64,000 nucleotides of DNA from contig OZ024763.1 in the NCBI GenBank assembly GCA_964016885.1, positions 1,922,001-1,986,000 on the forward strand. Reading direction: 5' to 3'. This document shows, one piece after another, positions 1 through 13,240 of this stretch (its first letter is position 1; every line of letters begins with the position of its first letter). The DNA comes from Eledone cirrhosa. Taxonomy: Eukaryota. The translations under genes were made by a program, and so were the position numbers. Below the pieces are notes generated by a model. It saw only the letters and a program-made list of their open reading frames with translations, was not told where the DNA came from and did not search any database.

Positions 1-2410
1 ATACCACCAGCACCAAACTCTACCAAACTCTACTTCTCCTGTCTTGTACCAATTCCTCCAATAACACCAGTACCAAACTCTACCAAACTCTACTTCTCCT
101 GTCTTGTACCAATTCCTCCAATACCACCAGCACCAAACTCTACCAAACTCTACTTCTCCTGTCTTGTACCAATTCCTCCAATAACACCAGTACCAAACTC
201 TACCAAACTCTACTTCTCCTGTCTTGTACCAATTCCTCCAATAACACCAGTACCAAACTCTACCAAACTCTACTTCTCCTGTCTTGTACCAATTCCTCCA
301 ATACCACCAGCACCAAACTCTACCAAACTCTACTTCTCCTGTCTTGTACCAATTCCTCCAATAACACCAGTACCAAACTCTACCAAACTCTACTTCTCCT
401 GTCTTGTACCAATTCCTCCAATAACACCAGTACCAAACTCTACCAAACTCTACTTCTCCTGCCTTGTACCAATTCCTCCAATACCACCAGTACCAAACTC
501 TACCAAACTCTACTTCTGCCTTGTACCAATTCCTCCAATACCACCAGTACCAAACTCTACCAAACTCTACTTCTCCTGTCTTGTACCATTTCCTCCAATA
601 ACACCAGTACCAAACTCTACCAAACTCTACCAAACTGTACCAACTCTACTTCTCCTGTCTTGTACCAATTCCTCCAATAACACCAGTACCAAACTCTACC
701 AAACTCTACTTCTCCTGTCTTGTACCATTTCCTCCAATACCACCAGTACCAAACTCTACCAAACTCTACTTCTCCTGTCTTGTACCATTTCCTCCAATAA
801 CACCAGTACCAAACTCTACCAAACTGTACTTCTCCTGTCTTGTACCAATTCCTCCAATACCACCAGTACCAAACTTTACCAAACTGTACTTCTCCTGTCT
901 TGTACCAATTCCTCCAATACCACCAGCACCAAACTCTACCAAACTCTACTTCTCCTGTCTTGTACCAATTCCTCCAATAACACCAGTACCAAACTCTACC
1001 AAACTCTACTTCTCCTGTCTTGTACCAATTCCTCCAATACCACCAGCACCAAACTCTACCAAACTCTACTTCTCCTGTCTTGTACCAATTCCTCCAATAA
1101 CACCAGTACCAAACTCTACCAAACTCTACTTCTCCTGTCTTGTACCAATTCCTCCAATAACACCAGTACCAAACTCTACCAAACTCTACTTCTCCTGTCT
1201 TGTACCAATTCCTCCAATACCACCAGCACCAAACTCTACCAAACTCTACTTCTCCTGTCTTGTACCAATTCCTCCAATAACACCAGTACCAAACTCTACC
1301 AAACTCTACTTCTCCTGTCTTGTACCAATTCCTCCAATAACACCAGTACCAAACTCTACCAAACTCTACTTCTCCTGCCTTGTACCAATTCCTCCAATAC
1401 CACCAGTACCAAACTCTACCAAACTCTACTTCTGCCTTGTACCAATTCCTCCAATACCACCAGTACCAAACTCTACCAAACTCTACTTCTCCTGTCTTGT
1501 ACCATTTCCTCCAATAACACCAGTACCAAACTCTACCAAACTCTACCAAACTGTACCAAACTCTACTTCTCCTGTCTTGTACCAATTCCTCCAATAACAC
1601 CAGTACCAAACTCTACCAAACTGTACTTCTCCTGTCTTGTACCAATTCCTCCAATAACACCAGTACCAAACTCTACCAAACTCTACCAAACTGTACTTCT
1701 CCTGTCTTGTACCAATTCCTCCAATACCACCAGTACCAAACTCTACCAAACTCTACTTCTCCTGTCTTGTACCATTTCCTCCAATACCACCAGTACCAAA
1801 CTCTACCAAACTCTACTTCTCCTGTCTTGTACCAATTCCTCCAATACCACCAGTACCAAACTCTACCAAACTCTACTTCTCCTGTCTTGTACCATTTCCT
1901 CCAATACCACCAGTACCAAACTCTACCAAACTCTACTTCTCCTGTCTTGTACCATTTCCTCCAATAACACCAGTACCAAACTCTACCAAACTCTACTTCT
2001 CCTGTCTTGTACCAATTCCTCCAATACCACCAGTACCAAACTCTACCAAACTCTACTTCTCCTGTCTTGTACCAATTCCTCCAATACCACCAGCACCAAA
2101 CTCTACCAAACTCTACTTCTCCTGTCTTGTACCAATTCCTCCAATAACACCAGTACCAAACTCTACCAAACTGTACTTCTCCTGTCTTGTACCATTTCCT
2201 CCAATAACACCTGTACCAAACTCTACCAAACTGTACTTCTCCTGTCTTGTACCATTTCCTCCAATACCACCAGTACCAAACTCTACCAAACTCTACCAAA
2301 CTCTACTTCTCCTGTCTTGTACCAATTCCTCCAATAACACCAGTACCAAACTCTACCAAACTCTACTTCTGTCTTGTACCAATTACTCCAATACCACCAG
2401 TACCAAACTG
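1..2410. repeat. 60-bp minisatellite array (~40 units, runs off the window start) with an internal 10-bp subrepeat TACCAAACTC
   Basis: Unit ATA(A/C)CACCAG(T/C)ACCAAACTCTACCAAACTCTACTTCTCCTGTCTTGTACCA(A/T)TTCCTCCA repeats in register with the 60-nt lines. Confidence 0.98.
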
Positions 2411-3304
2411 TGTCAATCAACTCTCACTTTTATCTATGCTGTAATCAATACAATCAATACCCAATCATACCTCAATGTTTAAAAAAAAATAGAATTCTTT
2501 TTAAAAAAATCAAAAATGAAAGCATTTTTCTTGTCACAAATATACATTTTTTTATTTTTTGACTGTATATCATTATTATTATTAATATTATTATTATTGT
2601 TATTATTATTATTGTTGATATTGTTGTTGTTATTTTTTGAGTCTCAGTCATTGATGTTATTTAACTGGAAAGTTTGTTCAAATGAACATGAAGCTGCTAC
2701 CTGCAGCCTCAGATATTCAGGACGTATCGGAGGGTTCTTGCTGTTCCCAGCAAGCATGCCCTTTGAAGTGTTCCAAAAAAATGATGGGGCTGGACTAATG
2801 TTCTTTAACCATCCTTGAAAACTCTTTGAGATAGTACCTGGTGCTCCATAGTGATGATGATGTTGGTGGTAGTGATGATGTTGGTGATGGTGATGTCAGG
2901 TAGAAACAAGAAGCACAGCAGAAGGTAACGGGTGGTGTGGGGCAAGGCGGTAGGGGAGGAGGGGTGGGAGGTGAAGGGGGGAGGGGGGTGAAGGGGCATG
3001 TAGGAAGGAGGGAGGTAGAGATATCTTAATGCAGGACTCATTAACACCAATCACTTTATGCTGGACTGTAAATGAATTGAGTTTCATTTCTCGTTAAACC
3101 ATTTTCCATCGCCATCGCCATCACCACCATTTCCAGTTCCACTGTCATCCTCATCACCACCATCACCACCATTTCCAGTTCCACTGTCACCCTCATCACC
3201 ACCACCACCACCATCTCCATCACCATCACCACCATTTCCACTCCCACCATCTCCACCATTGGTCATTCTATCTAAAAATCTGTCTCTACAGCAATTGATG
3301 GTTG

Positions 3305-3605
3305 ATAACAGTAGAGGTGGTGGTGGAGGTGGTGGTGGTGGTGGGGATCTGTTTAAGTAACAGTGGTGGTGGTGGTGGTGGTGGAGGAGCAGCTGTTTAA
3401 GTAACAGTAGAAGTGGTGGTAGTGGTGGTGGGGAGCTGTTTAAGTAACAGTAGAGGTGGTGGTGGTGGTGGTGGGGAGCTGTTTAAGTAACAGTAGAGGT
3501 GGTGGTGGTAAAGGTAGTGGTAGTGGTGGTGGTGGTGGGGAGCTGTTTAAGTAACAGTAGAGGTGGTGGTAGTGGTGGTGGTAGAGGTGGTGGTGTTTAA
3601 GTAAT
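3305..3605. repeat. Short array of CTGTTTAAGTAACAGTAG units separated by (GGT)n
   Basis: About 5-6 copies of the motif with variable GGT tracts between them. Confidence 0.85.
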
Positions 3606-3934
3606 TTGTTGAAATCCGTCTGTAATCAACACTTCTGTTGCATTTCTCTGTTTCTTCGTTATCTCCCACCACTAATTGCCAATGGCTGAGAGATAATGAG
3701 ACAAAACAACAGAGATGTTGGCTTTTTGTTATGTCACACACACACACATACACATATATACGTATATATATATATATACATATACACATACATACATATA
3801 TATATATCCCTACATACACACATTCTCTCTCCCTCTTTCTCATTCCAATGCTATAAACACACACACACTTACACACTAAACTATTAACACATACATACAC
3901 AACTATACAGACAAATATACTTATAACTACGCAC

Positions 3935-3995
<61 letters not shown>

Positions 3996-4001
3996 CATGC
4001 A

Positions 4002-4044
<43 letters not shown>

Positions 4045-4064
4045 TCCACGCTGTAATGTGGCCG

Positions 4065-4243
4065 TGTAGGCAACACAGTAAAAACCTCCCAGCCCCACAC
4101 TGTAAATGTGGTTGGTGTTAGGAAGGGCATCCAGCTGTAGAAAACCCGCCAGACAGTCCTATGCGAGCAAGACAACCACTCTTGCCTCAAGTGGGAAAAC
4201 CCCCGTCCAAACCCATGCAAGCGTGGAACACGGATGCTAAACC

Positions 4244-4273
<30 letters not shown>
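4065..4273 (+). mobile_element. RTE-related SINE-like element with (GAT)n tail
   Basis: GGTGTTAGGAAGGGCATCCAGCTGTAGAAA...CCCATGCAAGCGTGGAACACGGATGCTAAAC(TGA)n; homologous to copies at 6.6, 8.3, 24.9, 29.2 and 37.1 kb. Confidence 0.75.
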
Positions 4274-4274
<1 letters not shown>

Positions 4275-4446
4275 ACAAACACCACACATTGTATCATTCT
4301 CTTTCTGTCTCTCTCTCTCCACACCCATACATGCTACACATATATAAATCATACACTCCATACCTATATATTTATATATACACCATACACTCCATACACA
4401 CACATATATATACCATACACTCTATACATACTCACATATATATATA

Positions 4447-4552
4447 TCATTTTCATTTTACGTCCGCTTTTCCCTGCTTGCAAGGGTGGACGGGTCCTAT
4501 TCAGCACAGCATCTCTCCACTTGTCTCACTCCTCCTTCGTCATCTCCTCCGT
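4447..4552 (-). mobile_element. 3' end fragment of an RTE-type LINE
   Basis: Matches 12566-12680, which continues into an RTE ORF remnant. Confidence 0.7.
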
Positions 4553-4727
4553 CATATATATGTCAATGGACATTTATGTCTATTTGGATTTTTGTCTGAA
4601 AAGAACACGTAGAGTAGTTGTTATATTACTGACTTATGTCTTTGAAATACGTATAACAAAATAAATAGGGATGTACAATTGAAAACGTGTTTCTTGTTTA
4701 TTATATATATATATATAGGGCGGTGGA

Positions 4728-4906
4728 TTGGCAGTATCAGTAGAGGGTCGGACGCCATGCTTTGACGCATAGAGTTACGGCCCTTGCCATTCTGAGTTCA
4801 AATCCCGCCGAGGTTAACTTTGCCTTTCATCCTTACGGGGTTGATAAAATAAAGTACCAGTAATACACTGGGTAATTGCTGGCCTTGTGCCAAAAGTAGA
4901 AACAAT
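4728..4906 (+). mobile_element. tRNA-derived SINE, family S1
   Basis: A-box-like TGGCAGTATC(A/G)G, B-box GAGTTCAAATCC, body GCCTTTCATCCTTACGGGGT(C/T)GATAAAATAAAGTACCAG; more than 12 copies in the window. Confidence 0.88.
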
Positions 4907-5003
<97 letters not shown>

Positions 5004-5164
5004 AACAACACAATATAATTATTCCATTACCCCAGGTTTTGAGAAGTTAGACGATTCTAATAGAAACGTCTGATTTCGTTCATCAGATGAAATATCCTAA
5101 TTAAATAGCTCTGTACTATACATAGAGCACTCTTCTTTCCTGTACCTTTTCTACAGAAATACTT

Positions 5165-5259
<95 letters not shown>

Positions 5260-5507
5260 GTATATATACACACCCTACACTCTACATTTTAGGACACTCT
5301 CTGTCTTTGCTATTATTTTCCTATATATGTCACATTGATTTATGACACTCCACATATTAAAGTAGGGCTTCTATTGAATATTATTGTAAACACATGTGGT
5401 TGTTGTTGTGTGGTGGTGGTGGTAAGGGGGGTGGTGGTGGTTGTTTTTGTTGCGGTGGTGTAGTTATGGTGGTTGTGGTGGTGATGATGATGATGATGGT
5501 TGTTGTA

Positions 5508-6137
5508 TACTCTATATATACTATTGTATTTTCACAGTAAAGACTTTACCTCACATAATAACTACATTACTCTATATATATATATATTATTTTATTTTTG
5601 TGGTAAAAGCTTTACCTTACATAATATCTCACATAACATTTACATTACTCTATATATACTATTGTATTTTCACAGTAAAGGCTTTACCTCACATAATATC
5701 TCACATAACATTTACATTACTCTATATATACTATTGTATTTTCACAGTAAAGGCTTTACCTCACATAATATCTCGCATAACATTTACATTACTCTATATA
5801 TACTATTGTATTTTCACAGTAAAGGCTTTACCTCACATAATATCTCACATAACATTTACATTACTCTATATATACTATTGTATTTTCACAGTAAAGGCTT
5901 TACCTCACATAATATCTCACATAACATTTACATTACTCTATATATACTATTGTATTTTCACAGTAAAGGCTTTACCTCACATAATATCTCACATAACATT
6001 TACATTACTCTATATATACTATTGTATTTTCACAGTAAAGGTTTTACCTCACATAATATCTCACATAACATTTACATTACTCTATATATACTATTGTATT
6101 TTCACAGTAAAGGCTTTACCTCACGTAATATCTCACA
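5508..6137. repeat. 72-bp AT-rich minisatellite (~8.5 units)
   Basis: Unit CTCTATATATACTATTGTATTTTCACAGTAAAGGCTTTACCTCACATAATATCTCACATAACATTTACATTA; 24-aa periodicity in the ORF track. Confidence 0.95.
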
Positions 6138-6351
6138 TGAAATCGAATCTATGAGATTTTGATATTATTTATTTTGAGAAAAATACCTTAACATCAGTAT
6201 GTGTGTCCAGTTACAGCCGGTTTGAAAAGAAAGAGGTGAGAGAATTCTGGCCAGATATGGATGGTTTAAATGTGAAAGAGTTAAATTTATATATTTTTTC
6301 TAGTATGAGGAAGTCAAAATTGGAAAAAAAATGGACGTAAAATGGTGATGA

Positions 6352-6456
<105 letters not shown>

Positions 6457-6576
6457 CAATCTTCCATGGAATCAGAAACATCAGCAGAGATCTTAGTTAT
6501 ATTGCATAAGGAAGTAAATGTAAGAATGGTTGGATGATGGAAACCAGAGAAAATAAACACATACACACACTTATCA

Positions 6577-7031
<455 letters not shown>

Positions 7032-7357
7032 AAATACCTATATAAATAAATGAACTGCCAATAAATGTGCCATAAAAGATGAAATAAATGTGTTTTATGT
7101 TATAAATAAATGTAAAGTTGTTAAACTGTGGTTATTTGAAAATACTGTTTGTGTAGTTTGACGACCTTGACCTTGATACACAGACAGATAGACAGACATA
7201 TATATATGTGTATATATATATATATGTATATATGTATACATACTATATATATGTGTGTGTGTATATATGATGGTGGTATATGTATGTATTTAAATATATA
7301 TATATATAATATTTATATATACATATATACGCACTTGCATATATGTGTGTGTGTGTG

Positions 7358-7403
<46 letters not shown>

Positions 7404-7589
7404 TCACACACAAATATATATGCAAGTGTGTATATATATATATATAAACACACCCATACGTTTGTGTATATATATGGGAATATACATATACACTCACAAA
7501 CACATACACACACACACACACAAACCCACACACATATATATATATATATGACCCTCCCCAACTATAACATATATATATATATATATGTA

Positions 7590-7623
<34 letters not shown>

Positions 7624-7813
7624 CGTTATTCCGGGTTGAATCGGAGGTAACCACAGTAAGTAAGGTACTCAATACATTGCAGAGTATAAAAGTTTTAATA
7701 TAGATGAGATTCTACAGGACTAGAACTGTTTCATTCTTTAGAAATCATCAGGATTCCTGATGATTTCTAAAGAATGAAACAGTTCTAGTCCTGTCGAATC
7801 TCATCTATATTAA

Positions 7814-7817
<4 letters not shown>
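7624..7817 (-). mobile_element. Foldback element family A (Penelope-like terminus) within (TA)n
   Basis: 63-bp inverted arms 7691-7753 and 7755-7817 (1 mismatch); same family at 24555 and 30222; hammerhead inside; (TA)n on both sides. Confidence 0.8.
7752..7800 (+). ncRNA. Type I hammerhead ribozyme motif (family A)
   Basis: GATTC-CTGATGA-tTTCTaaAGAAt-GAAA-CAGttctagtcCTG-TC-GAATC; mirror copy on minus strand 7708-7756 has one stem I mismatch. Confidence 0.78.
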
Positions 7818-7843
<26 letters not shown>

Positions 7844-7844
<1 letters not shown>

Positions 7845-8012
7845 AGCAAAAGGGATATTTAATTTGTTGGTAATTCAACAAATATAAATGTTTATAACTG
7901 ATTCAAAGCACTTGACAAGTTTTCTGAAGTATAATATTCAATGATATTAAATAAATATAGAATAAATATGGTTTTATAAATATAGTTTCCATTTATTTAA
8001 TATCATTGAATA
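7844..8012 (-). mobile_element. Diverged family B-like foldback remnant
   Basis: Inverted repeat ATATTCAATGATATTAAATAAAT/ATTTATTTAATATCATTGAATAT; shares TTTTATAAATATAGTTTCCATTT and its 3' tail with 35923-36342. Confidence 0.6.
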
Positions 8013-8020
8013 TATATATA

Positions 8021-8175
8021 AGTGGAAGCTTCGTAAAATCAAAGCGTAAAATCAAAGCTTTGGCTGTGGCCAAACTAACGACCCACAATTAGGAATGAAC
8101 AGCTAAGCACTCAATAAACGTATGTTATTACTCTAATTACTCTAAAGTAGGCCTCAGAGTAATAACATACGTTTT
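8021..8175 (-). mobile_element. Foldback remnant family G adjacent to (TA)n
   Basis: Inverted repeat AAACGTATGTTATTACTCT/AGAGTAATAACATACGTTT; GAGTGCT on minus strand at 8106-8112. Confidence 0.5.
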
Positions 8176-8247
8176 GACAGCTTGACAAATTGAAAATTGC
8201 GGCAGGTAGACCTAGCCACATAATACCAAAACCAACGAAATAATTAA

Positions 8248-8520
8248 TATCATCATCATCGTTTTACGTCCGTTCTTCCACACTAGCATGGGTTAGATGG
8301 GTTGTCCTGCTGTGAGCAGTGTCCAGTCGGCTGACCTTGTCCTGCTCGTACGGGAACTGATTCTGGCTTGATTTCTACAGCTGGATGCCCTTCTTAACAC
8401 CAACCTCATTTACAGTGAGTGTTGGGTGGGTGCTTTTTTAGCCGTGGCGCCTACACGTTCACTTTACAGTTTGGGCTGGGTGCTTTTTTGCCGTGGCACC
8501 TCCACAACCATTTTGCAGTG
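8248..8520 (-). mobile_element. RTE-related SINE-like element with (GAT)n tail
   Basis: Homologous to 6577-6745 and 4065-4273. Confidence 0.7.
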
Positions 8521-8594
8521 GGAGGGTGTGGGGGCATATTGTCTATATGCTTCAGCTTCGGCTTGTTCCTGTGGGGGGAGGGGGGTCTTCCGTA

Positions 8595-9040
8595 TTACTG
8601 CGGGACGCCAGAGGTCACGGTTTGTGTCATTGCTCTTGAGAGGTACAATTGTGTAAGGTTGGCTTTTATCACCTCATCCCAAGTCTTCTTGGGTCTCCCC
8701 ACTCCACGGCTTCCATCAACTTCTAGTGCTCTGCACCTTTTTATGCAGCTGTCATACTTCATATGCATCACATGTCCATACCAACGTAACCTCCTCTCCT
8801 GCACACAACATTTGATTCCTCTGATGCTCAGTCTCTCTCTCAATTCGTTTATACTTTGCTGTTCGCGTATATTACTATTACACATCTATTACACATCCAT
8901 TACGCATGCAAGCTTCGTTTCTTTCTAATCTGCGCAAGTCTTCTACAGACAGCGCCCAGGTCTCATACCATGTAACATTGCTGTTCGTATACACGCATCA
9001 TACAGTCTGCCTTTCATTTTGAGGGAAAAGCCATTTGCAG
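8595..9040 (-). pseudogene. Degenerate RTE-clade LINE ORF C-terminus
   Basis: ...SLKMKGRLYDACIRTAMLHG... and ...ELRERLSIRGIKCCVQERRLRWYGHVMHM...EVDGSRGVGRPKKTWDEVIK; RLRWxGH and GRPxxxW are RTE C-terminal hallmarks; frameshifted. Confidence 0.88.
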
Positions 9041-9299
9041 CTCGCAGTGGCCTAGCTCCCTGAACTTCTTCCATCCCGTATATATATATATATATAATTG
9101 TTTCTACTTTGGCACAAGGCCAGCAATTACCCCAGTGCATTACTGGTACTTTATTTCATCAACCCTTTATGTGTATATATATATATATAAAATTAGATTA
9201 CTAAATTAAACGAACAAGCAAAAATTATGCTTTGATTTTAAAATGTGTGTTTTATAAACACACACATTCACTCACTAGCTCTCACAAAGAACCCCTCCC

Positions 9300-9334
<35 letters not shown>

Positions 9335-10264
9335 TATACATATATACACATGGATTCCACCTTTTCTCTCCCTTCCACTCACACACACACACACATGTTT
9401 TAGTAATCTTAAGGAAGACCCACAACCTTGACACAGACTTCCAGTTAGGTGTTGAGATATTCTAACTAGTGTTGTTGTTGTTACTGTTGTTGTTGTTGTA
9501 GTGCCTTAATTGTTGTTGTAGTGCCTTTGTTGTTTTTGTTGTAGCAGTGCCTTAATTGTTGTTGTTGTTGTAGCAGTGCCTTAATTGTTGTTGTTGTAGT
9601 GCCTTAATTGTTGTTGTTGTTGTTGTAGTGCCTTTGTTGTTGTTGTTGTTGTAGCAGAGCCTTAATTGTTGTTGTTGTTGTTGTAGTGCCTTAATTAGGT
9701 CTGTTAATTATAAAGCCCTGACATAGTCTCACAGTTTGTCACCCTTTAATCTCATCTGTGTTACAGTCAGGGCCTCCAGAGGAGAGGAACTTTGCAAGAC
9801 ACAACAAAATCTCTTACACACCACTGCACTTCACTACACAACACCACACCATATCACCACCACATCACACCCCTACCACACCACACCATACCACACCCCA
9901 GGCATGATGGGAGCAGAAAGCTCATCTCGAAATTCCACGGGGACTGAAAAGGCTTCACTGAAACATAGAAGGGGGCTAGTATCATATCTTCTGCTCCTAT
10001 TCCCACATCTCCTTGGCTGTTTTTTCTCTCTCATCCCTTCTGGAATGATGTACTAGTTGACCCCCCCCCCTCCTTTCTGCTAACGGGGGGGCTGTCTTCT
10101 TATAGACTCTACTGACAGTACCCAACTATAATGTGGGTAGCCATTAGGTATATTCTGTGTGGTATATGAGGTACAGTGTAAGAAACAACCCATGTTGTAT
10201 GGAGTGCAGAATGGTTTGAGTTCAGATATATTGTATAAGGTAAATATATACATATATATATATG

Positions 10265-10295
<31 letters not shown>

Positions 10296-10322
10296 CTACG
10301 TATATATACATATACATATATG

Positions 10323-10840
10323 TTTATAATTGGAAAATAATAAAATCGAATCTCTGGCGGTTTGCAAGTAAATTCGGCCTACTTATATGAAATGATGAGT
10401 TAGCAAAGCACTCGATAAGTTGGGGCCTTGAGTAATAACATATGTTTAAATAGCTTGATAAATCGAACATTGTGGTAGGCGAATCTAACACACAATATAC
10501 CAAAGTAACGATAGAACTAATCAGGTTGAGAAAAATACACCTGGACAAATCCAACGATCAATCGTTTAATCTATATACTTAATACATTAACAGAGAAAGC
10601 TTTAAGCAATACTCCGACCCACATCCATCTCACTCAACAAACATTAGGATTTACCTGAGTATAACCCTAATTATATGTTTGGGGTGCTAACTATATGTAT
10701 TTTGCCGATAGTCGGCTGTATTATTTTATATGAGACATAATTAAATACATCTCTCCTTCCAAACGATCGTTTCGTTATAAGTTTTCTACAAATTGGGAAA
10801 ATAATGTCCAAGTTATGTAGAAGCCTGCATATAATCCATA
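10323..10840 (-). mobile_element. Probable Penelope-like 3' remnant between (TA)n tracts
   Basis: Minus strand has a hammerhead 3' half (GAAA-CGATCG-TT, ~10762-10773) and GAGTGCT (10407-10413) before (TA)n; no intact 5' core. Confidence 0.45.
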
Positions 10841-10975
10841 GATATACATTTATATATATATATATATAGTAATAATAATAAATTTGAAGACTAAAATCCA
10901 GTTAAGGGTGAAACAGAAGATCCAGTTAAGGGTGAAAGCAGCGATTCTTTGCTTAAACTTTAATCTGTTATTTTA

Positions 10976-11006
<31 letters not shown>

Positions 11007-11174
11007 AAGATTTTCGCTCTACATGGCTGAATACAATAAATGTAATCATTCTACTGACATGGCTTTAAAAATGAGGCTTGTTTGCATAATTGCAAACGAA
11101 TTGAATGATATTATTAGTAATGCACTGGGTAATTGCTGGCCTTGTGCCTAAAGTAGAAACAATTATTAGTGGAT

Positions 11175-11355
11175 GGGCAGTATCGGTAGAGGGACGGATG
11201 CCATGCTTTGAAGCAAAGAGTTATGGCCCTTGCCATTCTGAGTTCCAATCCCGCCGAGGTTAACTTTGCCTTTCATCCTTACGGGGTTGATAAAATAAAG
11301 TACCAGTAATGCACTGGGTTATTGCTGGCCTTGTGCCAAAAGTAGAAACAATTAT
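11175..11355 (+). mobile_element. SINE family S1, preceded by a tail fragment at ~11117-11165
   Basis: Near-identical to 4728-4906. Confidence 0.88.
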
Positions 11356-11379
11356 TAATATTCGAAAAACTCAGATTAC

Positions 11380-11421
<42 letters not shown>

Positions 11422-11634
11422 TTGTCGATCGACTTATGTGAAATCGGACCGAGGAAACAATGTTTCCATTAGTCTTTCTAATTGCTAATACTATCTATCG
11501 ATCGCAGCTCCAAGTTGATTGTTATTTCTAAAGTATATATATGTATATGTATATATATATATAACAATCAAAGAGTGTTTAACAACATTTAATTAGTAAC
11601 GATCGTTTCATCCAAATTGTTAGTAATTAAATGT

Positions 11635-11815
11635 CCATTTTTTCATGTGTTAGATGAGTTGTCCTGTTGTGAATAATGCTAGGTCAGGTGACCTTGTCTT
11701 GTTCATACAGAACTGATTTTTGGGGCTTAGTTTCTACAGTTGGATGTCCTTCCTAACACTGACCTCATTTACAGTGAATACTGGGTGCTTTTTGTCGTGA
11801 CACCTACACGACCTC
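11635..11815 (-). mobile_element. Diverged RTE-related SINE-like element
   Basis: TTTCTACAGTTGGATGTCCTTCCTAACACTGACCTCATTTACAGTG matches 6661-6710. Confidence 0.65.
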
Positions 11816-11818
11816 ATT

Positions 11819-11858
<40 letters not shown>

Positions 11859-12106
11859 TAAATATACACGGGTGTGTATGATTGTGTATAGAAGATTATA
11901 TTAATAAAAGGAATTTCAACTTTGTCTGATTTACTCGTTTTATTTACAATCCTTTAAAATTTATAATGGTATTAGAATGAAATAGAATGATAGAATATTA
12001 AATGTTAAGTGTTAATTGAACAAGTACTTTCATGCTTTCGCAATCTTCAGGTTCATATTGTGTGGTGACAGTCAAGTTTGCAATTTTCAACTATATATAT
12101 ATATAT

Positions 12107-12536
12107 AATGAAATGACAGGAGGCTGGATTTGTGTAAATCCTTGAAAGGTTTATTATAAACCTTTCAAGGATTTACAAAAATCCAGCCTCCTGTCATTTC
12201 ATTATAATATTGGCAGTATCGGTAGAGGGTCGGACGCCATGCTTTACAGCATAGTTACGTCCCTTTACAATCTGAGTTCAAATCCCGCCGAGGTTAACTT
12301 TGCCTTTCATCCTTACGGGGTCGATAAAATAAAGTACCAGTAATGCACTGGGTAATTGCTGGCCTTGTGCCTAAAGTAGAAACAATTATAATATTTAACT
12401 CCGTAATAGCACCACCAACTACAAAAACAAAGACGGTTGAACTGCCTTACGTTGAGTACTCTCTATATTATTGCATTACGATTGACCATACGGAATAGAC
12501 CAGCTCTATACAGTGGTGAACCTCAAACCTGAATAA
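12107..12536 (+). mobile_element. Foldback element family E, interrupted by a SINE
   Basis: ~50-bp palindromic arms centred near 12155; GAGTACT at 12454-12460; (TA)n flanks. Confidence 0.6.
12211..12388 (+). mobile_element. SINE family S1 with target-site duplication
   Basis: Full S1 copy flanked by ATTATAATATT on both sides. Confidence 0.9.
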
Positions 12537-12565
12537 ATATATATATATATATATATATACATATA

Positions 12566-12782
12566 TCATCATCATCATCATCATCATTTTACATCCGCTT
12601 TTTTTCCCTGCTTGCAAGGGTGGGACGGGTCCTATTCAGCACACATCTCTTCACTTGTCACGGTCCTTCGTCATCTCCACCGTGAGTTTCAGTGATCTGA
12701 GGTCAGCTCTCACCATCTCCGCCCATGTTTCTCGTGGTCTTCCTCTACTGCGTCTTCCTTCTACTGGCATTTCTTGGCACTT
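12566..12782 (-). mobile_element. 3' end of an RTE-clade LINE with (GAT)n tail
   Basis: KCQEMPVEGRRSRGRPRETWAEMVRADLRSLKLTVEMTKDRDK followed by 3' UTR and (GAT)n. Confidence 0.85.
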
Positions 12783-12847
<65 letters not shown>

Positions 12848-12878
12848 AGATCAAAAGATGGTTAAAGGAGTTCAATAT

Positions 12879-12947
12879 ATTTTATTATGCGCATTTCAAA
12901 AACAAACATCATCAAACAATAATATTTGTGTTTTCATCAGATAAAAC
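12879..12947 (-). ncRNA. Mirror-image hammerhead motif (family C)
   Basis: Reverse complement of 13023-13091. Confidence 0.83.
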
Positions 12948-13022
12948 AGGAGAACATGATATGAAGGCTAAAAAAAACACTTGTTGATAGTGCAGTTTTA
13001 AATCAACATATCATGTTCTCCT

Positions 13023-13091
13023 GTTTTATCTGATGAAAACACAAATATTATTGTTTGATGATGTTTGTTTTTGAAATGCGCATAATAAAAT
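13023..13091 (+). ncRNA. Type I hammerhead ribozyme motif with palindromic loop III (family C)
   Basis: GTTTTAT-CTGATGA-16-bp stem II (AAACACAAATATTATT gttt GATGATGTTTGTTTTT)-GAAA-TGCGCA-TA-ATAAAAT. Confidence 0.85.
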
Positions 13092-13240
13092 ATATTGAAC
13101 TCCTTTAACCATCTTTTGATCTTATATTATGCATACTCCAGTCCCACAAACTGTAGAGTGCTTCTTATCCGATATCTGCATTGCTTTATTGTACTACAAT
13201 AAAACTCACCTCCTACATTATATATATATATATATATATA

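Larger units (their letters stand above)
12841..13218 (+). mobile_element. Foldback element family C (Penelope-like terminus) within (TA)n
   Basis: ~120-bp inverted arms (~12841-12962 and ~13007-13129); second copy at 30483-30893; hammerhead on both arms. Confidence 0.82.

Noticed and set aside
617-2299. Trp/Tyr-rich 20-aa repeat ORFs (330 and 208 aa)
   Set aside because: A consequence of a stop-free 60-bp unit; broken by indels at non-triplet positions, with no unique flanking coding sequence or splice signals
2645-3087. Selenoprotein-like in-frame TGA followed by a His-rich stretch
   Set aside because: No recognisable selenoprotein homology or SECIS visible; the His run is a (CAT/CAC)n repeat
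3305-3605. CRISPR-like array (palindromic CTGTT..AACAG repeat with spacers)
   Set aside because: Spacers are just (GGT)n, the context is eukaryotic and there are no cas genes
4728-4810. tRNA genes at A/B-box sequences
   Set aside because: No complete cloverleaf; always fused to a SINE body in many dispersed copies
5050-5135. CTGATGA..GAAA on the minus strand as a hammerhead
   Set aside because: Only 2 nt separate CTGATGA and GAAA, so there is no stem II; it is a simple CTGAT/ATCAG hairpin
12841-13129. Foldbacks as classical DNA MITEs
   Set aside because: The arms are asymmetric with a unique one-sided tail, the axes vary between copies, and they contain ribozyme motifs
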